DNA of 10,376 bases from a virus: IMG/VR virus record IMGVR_UViG_3300027706_000225; one strand, given 5' to 3'. Below the pieces are notes generated by a model, which searched no databases, had not been told where the DNA came from, and was given only the letters and a program-made list of their open reading frames with translations. Positions 6,172 to 10,376 of this stretch are shown piece after piece (the stretch's first letter is position 1; each line of letters starts with the position of its first letter). Position numbers and translations under genes: made by a program.

Positions 6172-6524
6172 GCTAGCTCCTTGATCTCCTCACGCAGCTT
6201 GTCGATCTCGGGATCGGGCCGCCACAGCCATCCTACCGCCTCGATGTCCTCGAAGTGGAAGATCTTGCACGACGGCAGATGGAGCAGCAACGCGGGCCAC
6301 TTGCGGAACACCTCGCGGTCGAAGGTGCTGTCGGTCTCTGGGCACTCGCCCCACGAGGCGATGACCAGCCAGAGGTCGCCGTACTCCAACATGATCCGGT
6401 GGTCACTGATGTCGAACCGGGAGTTGGGCACTCGCCACAGGCCGTTGTGGTCAGCATCTTCTCTGAGCTCGGTGGAGGTCAGCAGCTCGCCGGGGATGGC
6501 GTACATAGGAGCGCTTAGGGGCAT
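6159..6524 (-). CDS. Hypothetical protein (121 aa)
   Basis: ATG 6524-6522. The last 13 nt overlap the map start (ATGCAACCCATAG). Translation reads ...LWLVIASWGECPETDSTFDREVFRKWPALLLHLPSCKIFHFEDIEAVGWLWRPD... Confidence 0.55.
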   Translation of the reverse strand: MPLSAPMYAIPGELLTSTELREDADHNGLWRVPNSRFDISDHRIMLEYGDLWLVIASWGECPETDSTFDREVFRKWPALLLHLPSCKIFHFEDIEAVGWLWRPDPEIDKLREEIKELACNP

Positions 6525-6769
6525 GGCACGTAATCCCGGACGTCGTACCAGCCCATCGTGTTGTTGCCGAGAGACACCAGCAAAGCATCCTCCAGGAACT
6601 TGTCAAACCCAATGATCAATGCGACTTCGTTCTTCTGGCTGTACCTCAGGATGCGACCCTTGTTTCCCGGTGAGGTCCGGAAGGAGTGACCCGGTTCAAG
6701 CAGGACCAGGTCACCCGGCCGGGGTGCTCCGCTCTCCGCAAAGAGGCGAACCTTCTTGGTCCGGGTCAT
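6515..6769 (-). CDS. Hypothetical protein (84 aa)
   Basis: ATG 6769-6767 with GGGAGCAGG immediately upstream. Translation reads MTRTKKVRLFAESGAPRPGDLVLLEPGHSFRTSPGNKGRILRYSQKNEVALIIGFDKFLE... It overlaps the downstream gene by 10 nt. The track's TTG start at 6808 lies inside the upstream hairpin and is less likely. Confidence 0.5.
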   Translation of the reverse strand: MTRTKKVRLFAESGAPRPGDLVLLEPGHSFRTSPGNKGRILRYSQKNEVALIIGFDKFLEDALLVSLGNNTMGWYDVRDYVPCP

Positions 6770-6790
6770 CCTGCTCCCATTTAACGGCAT

Positions 6791-6822
6791 CAGGCCGCCC
6801 CAGGACAACCCAGAGCGGCCTG
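6791..6822 (-). terminator. GC-rich hairpin (8-bp stem caggccgc/gcggcctg, 16-nt loop) 19 nt downstream of the flotillin stop; putative intrinsic terminator without a clear U-tract
   Basis: Arms at 6791-6798 and 6815-6822 are exact reverse complements, extendable by G-U and C-G pairs. The hairpin sits in the only sizeable intergenic gap of this minus-strand block. Confidence 0.35.
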
Positions 6823-6840
6823 AATGGAGTCACCTACTGG

Positions 6841-8796
6841 TCAGTCGGACGACTTCTCGGACGGCTTCCGGGCACCGTTGCCGTTGGCCTTGGGCTCGTG
6901 CTTGTCGCCCGTGATCAGGTTGGCGAGTAGGACGCTGGCGAGGTTGTTGATGCCGCCGCCTCCGCCCTCACCGCCACCACCTGCGACGATCTGCGGGACG
7001 AGCGGGTGCTTGCCGTTGGCGAGAGCCCGAGCGACCTCGATCGTGGCGTAGTTGGTCTGGTCGACGGCGAGCGCCTTGGCCTTGATGACCTCGGCTTCCG
7101 CCTGACCGACTGCGGTGATGCTCTTGCCGTTGGCTTCGCCGGTCATCTGGATGACCTTCGCATCGGCCTCAGCCTGGACCGTCTTCGCTGCGGCTTCCGC
7201 CTGGGCGTTGACCGTCTTCACCTTGGCCTGGGCCTCGGCCTTGACGACGTCCATGTCGGCGCTGGCCTTGGCGTTGATGACCATCGACCGCGAGTCACCT
7301 TCCGCCTTCTTCACGGCCTGCTGGGCCTCGAACTCGGCGATGGCGACCTTCCGTTCGGCGTCGACGACCTTGGCCTGCGTGGCGGCAGTCGCCTTCGCCT
7401 GCTCGAGGTCCTTGCGCTTCTCCTCGGCGAGGCGCTGGGTCTCGAAGGTCATCTGCTCCTGCTCGGCGATCTTGCGATCGGTGAGGGTCTTCATCAGCTC
7501 CTTCGGCGGCGTGATGTCACCGATGAGAGTGTCGACGGCGACGACGTTGTAGTCGGCCAACGCCTTGCTGATGGCGTTCTTGGCGTCGTCCTGGCGGTTC
7601 TTGCGGTCACCGAGGAACTTGATGACGTCCGAACCCTGAGCGGCGTTGCGGAAGTAGTTGCCGATCGTCGGCTCCAGGACCTGGGTGACCAGGTTGGCGA
7701 CGTTGCCGAAGCGAGCGATCACCTTCGGAGCGTCCGTCCTGGGGATGTGGATGATCTGCGAGACGTCCAGGTTGAACGTGAACCCGTCGTTGGACCGCAC
7801 CGTGATGGTGCTGAGGTTCTTGTCCAGCATGTGAGCCTCGGTCTTGCCGGTCGCCCAGTTCAGGACGATGTTAGCCGTCGGCACGCTCTCGACCCGGTGG
7901 GTGTACGGGTTGATCGGATAGCGACCGGGATCGAGGGGCTCGGCCCAGACGCCCTTCTCACCCTTGCTGACGAGGTTGCCGTGCTTGAAGGCCTCACCGG
8001 TGACATCGACGCCGGGTTTGCCGACGAAGGCGATGACGCAGCCGGCGTGAGCGATGGGCACCTCGGTCATGTCGACTTCCTCGACCGTGGCGAACAGTGG
8101 GTTGATGAAGTACCGTCCCGCCAGGATCACCTGCTCTTGCAGGCCCTTCTTCCCTCCGTTGTCGAGGAAGATCTGCGGGTTCTGGTACATGTTGTGTCCG
8201 GAGATCTCGGGACCCGCGATGTCACCGGTGTCGAGGGGCGTGCCCTCCTTGGTGGTGACGACGCCGACCTTGTTGTCCTTGATCTCGGTGCAGTTGCAGA
8301 GGTTGACCTCGAACAGGCCGGTGTTGATGCGGTACTGCCCGGGCGGGATGATGGCGAGCTGTGGACCACGTTCGCCGCCGCCCAGCAGGAACTGACGAGC
8401 GTTCTGGAACGAGTCGCACTCGACCGTCTTGCCGAGGATGCGCCCGCCGCTGATCGCCTTGCCATCGCGGCTGGTGACGACGCCGAGCTTTCCACGCTCG
8501 ATGGTGATGAACTTCTGGATGTCGATCTGGTACTGCCAGGGCCACAGACCGAAGTGGATGCCCGGGGGCAGGGTGTCGGCTTGGACACCGGCCTCACCGT
8601 TGAGAGCGACGATCGCTCCGTCGGGGAGTGCCTTGTTGGCGCCGAAGAGGACGAACTTCTTGGTGACGATGCCGATGGCGTCTTCGGGGATGCTGACCAT
8701 CCCGAACAGCCTCAGCACGAGCCGGTGCAGGACCAGCGCGAGGAGGACGAGGATGCCTCCGACGATGAGGGGCAGGTGGGAAACGACGGATTCCAT
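6841..8796 (-). CDS. Flotillin-family SPFH (band 7) domain protein, YqiK-like (651 aa)
   Basis: ATG 8796. The protein has an N-terminal TM helix (LPLIVGGILVLLALVLHRLVL), an SPFH core (STITVRSNDGFTFNLDVSQIIHIPRTD...RKNRQDDAKNAISKALADYNVVAVDTLIGDITPP) and a long flotillin-type EA/AK-rich coiled coil (AKATAATQAKVVDAERKVAIAEFEAQQAVKKAEGD...AEAQAKVKTVNAQAEAAAKTVQAEADAK). A Gly-rich tail follows (GGGGEGGGGG). Confidence 0.8.
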   Translation of the reverse strand: MESVVSHLPLIVGGILVLLALVLHRLVLRLFGMVSIPEDAIGIVTKKFVLFGANKALPDGAIVALNGEAGVQADTLPPGIHFGLWPWQYQIDIQKFITIERGKLGVVTSRDGKAISGGRILGKTVECDSFQNARQFLLGGGERGPQLAIIPPGQYRINTGLFEVNLCNCTEIKDNKVGVVTTKEGTPLDTGDIAGPEISGHNMYQNPQIFLDNGGKKGLQEQVILAGRYFINPLFATVEEVDMTEVPIAHAGCVIAFVGKPGVDVTGEAFKHGNLVSKGEKGVWAEPLDPGRYPINPYTHRVESVPTANIVLNWATGKTEAHMLDKNLSTITVRSNDGFTFNLDVSQIIHIPRTDAPKVIARFGNVANLVTQVLEPTIGNYFRNAAQGSDVIKFLGDRKNRQDDAKNAISKALADYNVVAVDTLIGDITPPKELMKTLTDRKIAEQEQMTFETQRLAEEKRKDLEQAKATAATQAKVVDAERKVAIAEFEAQQAVKKAEGDSRSMVINAKASADMDVVKAEAQAKVKTVNAQAEAAAKTVQAEADAKVIQMTGEANGKSITAVGQAEAEVIKAKALAVDQTNYATIEVARALANGKHPLVPQIVAGGGGEGGGGGINNLASVLLANLITGDKHEPKANGNGARKPSEKSSD

Positions 8797-8869
8797 GTGT
8801 TCTTTCTTCTTTCAGATGTGCGAAAGCCCCGGCCGCCACAAGGACGACCGAGGCTGTTCGCGGTTGGGA

Positions 8870-10376
8870 TCAGGCTCGGGCCGACCGGCTCGCGCCGTTC
8901 GAGGCCTCGGTGCCCTTGGTCAGGGTGGCGAGCTGGTTGCCCAGCACGGTGCCCTTGAGCAGCTCGTTGAAGATCTCGGCGACGCCCTTCTTGCCACCGC
9001 CGATGATGGCCAGGGGCGCCATCGCTTCGGCGAGCTTCTCGGCGAGAGCCTTGTCTCCGAAGGCCTGGAGAGCCGCGATGAACGCCGGTTCGATGGCCTT
9101 GCCCTTGTCGACCGTGGCTTGGACCTGGGCCGCGAGCTTCTCGAGCTCGAGCGCCTGGAGCTGGGCCTGGTGAGCACGTTCCGAAGCCTGGCGGGCTTCC
9201 TGGGTCGCCAACTCGAGAGCCGCGACTTCCGCCGCAGCCTTCTCGTTCGCCAGGTTGTTGGCCGCACGGGCCGCGTTCGCCGCCGCTTCCGCAGCGAGCT
9301 GGTCGGCCTGCTGCTTGGCGTTGTTGGCGATGAGCGAGAGGTCGAGAGCGAGCTTCCGCTCCGCGTTGATGCGCTGCAGCTCGAGGGTGGCGCGCTGCGT
9401 CTCCGCACGGGCCTCCTCGGTCGCACGCTTCAGCTCCTCGGTCTCCTTCACGAAGTCCAGCTTGCGCCGCTCTTCCGCGAGGACGAGGGTGTTCTGGATG
9501 ACGGACCGCTGCGCGGCGACGAGGAGCTTCTCGACGTCGGCATTCTGCATCTCGATGCCGAGGACCTCGGCGTCGTAGATCCGCATGTTGTTCTCGGGGA
9601 ACACCGTGCCGGTGCGGGCCTCGTCCTTCGAGTGCTTGGCACCGAGGATGATGTCCCGGAGGATCGGGGTGTGGTTGCCGTAGAACTCCTCGATGCCCAG
9701 CTTCTGCACCGCCGAGCGGATGCGAGACCGCATCGCGTCGCAGAGGAACTTGACGTAGTTGTCCACCGCGAACCAGCGCTCGGGGTTGTCACCCTCGAAG
9801 TTGACGCGGTAGGAGACCTTGACGTTGAGGCGGCAGAAGTCCTTGGTCTCGACCTGGATGACGTCGCTGACCATGTTGTTGGCGACCTGCAGGTACACGT
9901 CGCGCTTCAGCTGGTCGGTCGACTTCGGCTTGCCCGTCGAGAGCGAGAGGACCTGCGGGTTCTCGTCGTACTCGAGCATGTAGGTGCCCGGACCCTGGAT
10001 GACCCGGCGCTGGCCGCCCTTGCTGACGAGCAGCATGGCGTAGCCGGTCCAGAGCGTCACGGCGACGGCGCCGTCGTACTTGGTGTTGAGGATGACCGAA
10101 CGCGGAGCGGTGAACTTCGACTTGCGGTCGAAGGCGTCGCCCGGCAGCGCGTTGCTGGCGTTCTTGATCAGGACGCGGCCGCGAGAGAACTCCCTTAGGA
10201 AGCGCGGGATCGTCGTCCGGTCGCGCTCGCCATAGAGCCAGCTCGGGCGGATGACCGTCAGCGGCAGTTTGCCCGCGTCGGCGAGGTCCCAGAGAATGCG
10301 CTCGCAGTCGACCTTGCTGCGGGTGTAGTAATCCATGAACCAGACGTTCTGTCCCAGGGGCTCGGACTCGTCCACA
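8870..10376 (-). CDS. SPFH-like domain protein with C-terminal Ala/Glu-rich coiled coil; partial. The N-terminal visible part resembles the C-terminal half of an extended-SDR NAD-dependent epimerase/dehydratase
   Basis: The frame is open from the window end to TGA 8872-8870. The SPFH-like core reads VIQVETKDFCRLNVKVSYRVNFEGD...MRSRIRSAVQKLGIEEF...LRDIILGA, preceded by a hydrophobic segment (AVAVTLWTGYAMLLV). The coiled coil reads KLDFVKETEELKRATEEARAETQRATLELQRINAERK...LAAEAAANAARAANNLANEKAAAEVAALE. The visible N-terminal 110 aa carry YTRSK...LPLTVIRPSWLYGERD...IPRFLREFSRG, an SDR-like Y-x3-K / YG / IPxFI pattern. Confidence 0.7.
   Translation of the reverse strand, partial: VDESEPLGQNVWFMDYYTRSKVDCERILWDLADAGKLPLTVIRPSWLYGERDRTTIPRFLREFSRGRVLIKNASNALPGDAFDRKSKFTAPRSVILNTKYDGAVAVTLWTGYAMLLVSKGGQRRVIQGPGTYMLEYDENPQVLSLSTGKPKSTDQLKRDVYLQVANNMVSDVIQVETKDFCRLNVKVSYRVNFEGDNPERWFAVDNYVKFLCDAMRSRIRSAVQKLGIEEFYGNHTPILRDIILGAKHSKDEARTGTVFPENNMRIYDAEVLGIEMQNADVEKLLVAAQRSVIQNTLVLAEERRKLDFVKETEELKRATEEARAETQRATLELQRINAERKLALDLSLIANNAKQQADQLAAEAAANAARAANNLANEKAAAEVAALELATQEARQASERAHQAQLQALELEKLAAQVQATVDKGKAIEPAFIAALQAFGDKALAEKLAEAMAPLAIIGGGKKGVAEIFNELLKGTVLGNQLATLTKGTEASNGASRSARA

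Noticed and set aside
8797-8869. Imperfect long-range inverted repeat (gcgaaagcc ... ggctgttcgc) between the two SPFH genes as a terminator
   Set aside because: The stem has an indel and encloses a 23-nt loop, so it is too weak to call. More likely this is just an intergenic or promoter region for the flotillin gene.
7006-8958. 650-aa plus-strand ORF opposite the flotillin gene
   Set aside because: The translation is an L/G/D-rich mirror of the Ala/Glu/Lys coiled coil, with no start context. It is the classic antisense shadow of a GC-rich gene.
8429-10198. 589-aa plus-strand ORF opposite the SPFH/coiled-coil gene, plus the Ser/Arg-rich ORFs 8920..9426 and 9448..9792
   Set aside because: Same antisense or frame-shifted shadow phenomenon. 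The compositions are extreme (R/S/P or L/G/R/E), and the minus-strand frame shows recognisable domain motifs.

Overview
High-GC (~62%) window, densely packed and almost certainly prokaryotic: SD-like motifs sit upstream of starts, and many adjacent genes have overlapping stop/start codons (GTGA, ATGA, TGATG). There are three strand blocks. (i) Bases 1-1070 on the minus strand hold four translationally coupled small genes ending in a PPP-family (lambda-phosphatase-like) Ser/Thr phosphatase, which runs off the window start. (ii) Bases 1216-4454 on the plus strand hold seven or eight small hypothetical genes interrupted by two low-GC islands. One island (1216-1635) carries a phage-T4-type endonuclease VII, the other (3628-4134) a GIY-YIG plus NUMOD3 homing endonuclease. 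(iii) Bases 4441-10376 on the minus strand hold five small overlapping genes flanking a type I methionine aminopeptidase, then a hairpin, then two consecutive SPFH/flotillin-like genes with long Ala/Glu/Lys-rich coiled coils. The second of these runs off the window end and carries an SDR-epimerase-like segment at its visible N-terminal part. The two free-standing homing endonuclease genes and the many small overlapping ORFs suggest a phage, prophage or other mobile-element genome of a high-GC bacterium. I found no rRNA, tRNA or CRISPR array by eye. All domain calls rest on motif recognition in the translated ORFs; no database search was possible.
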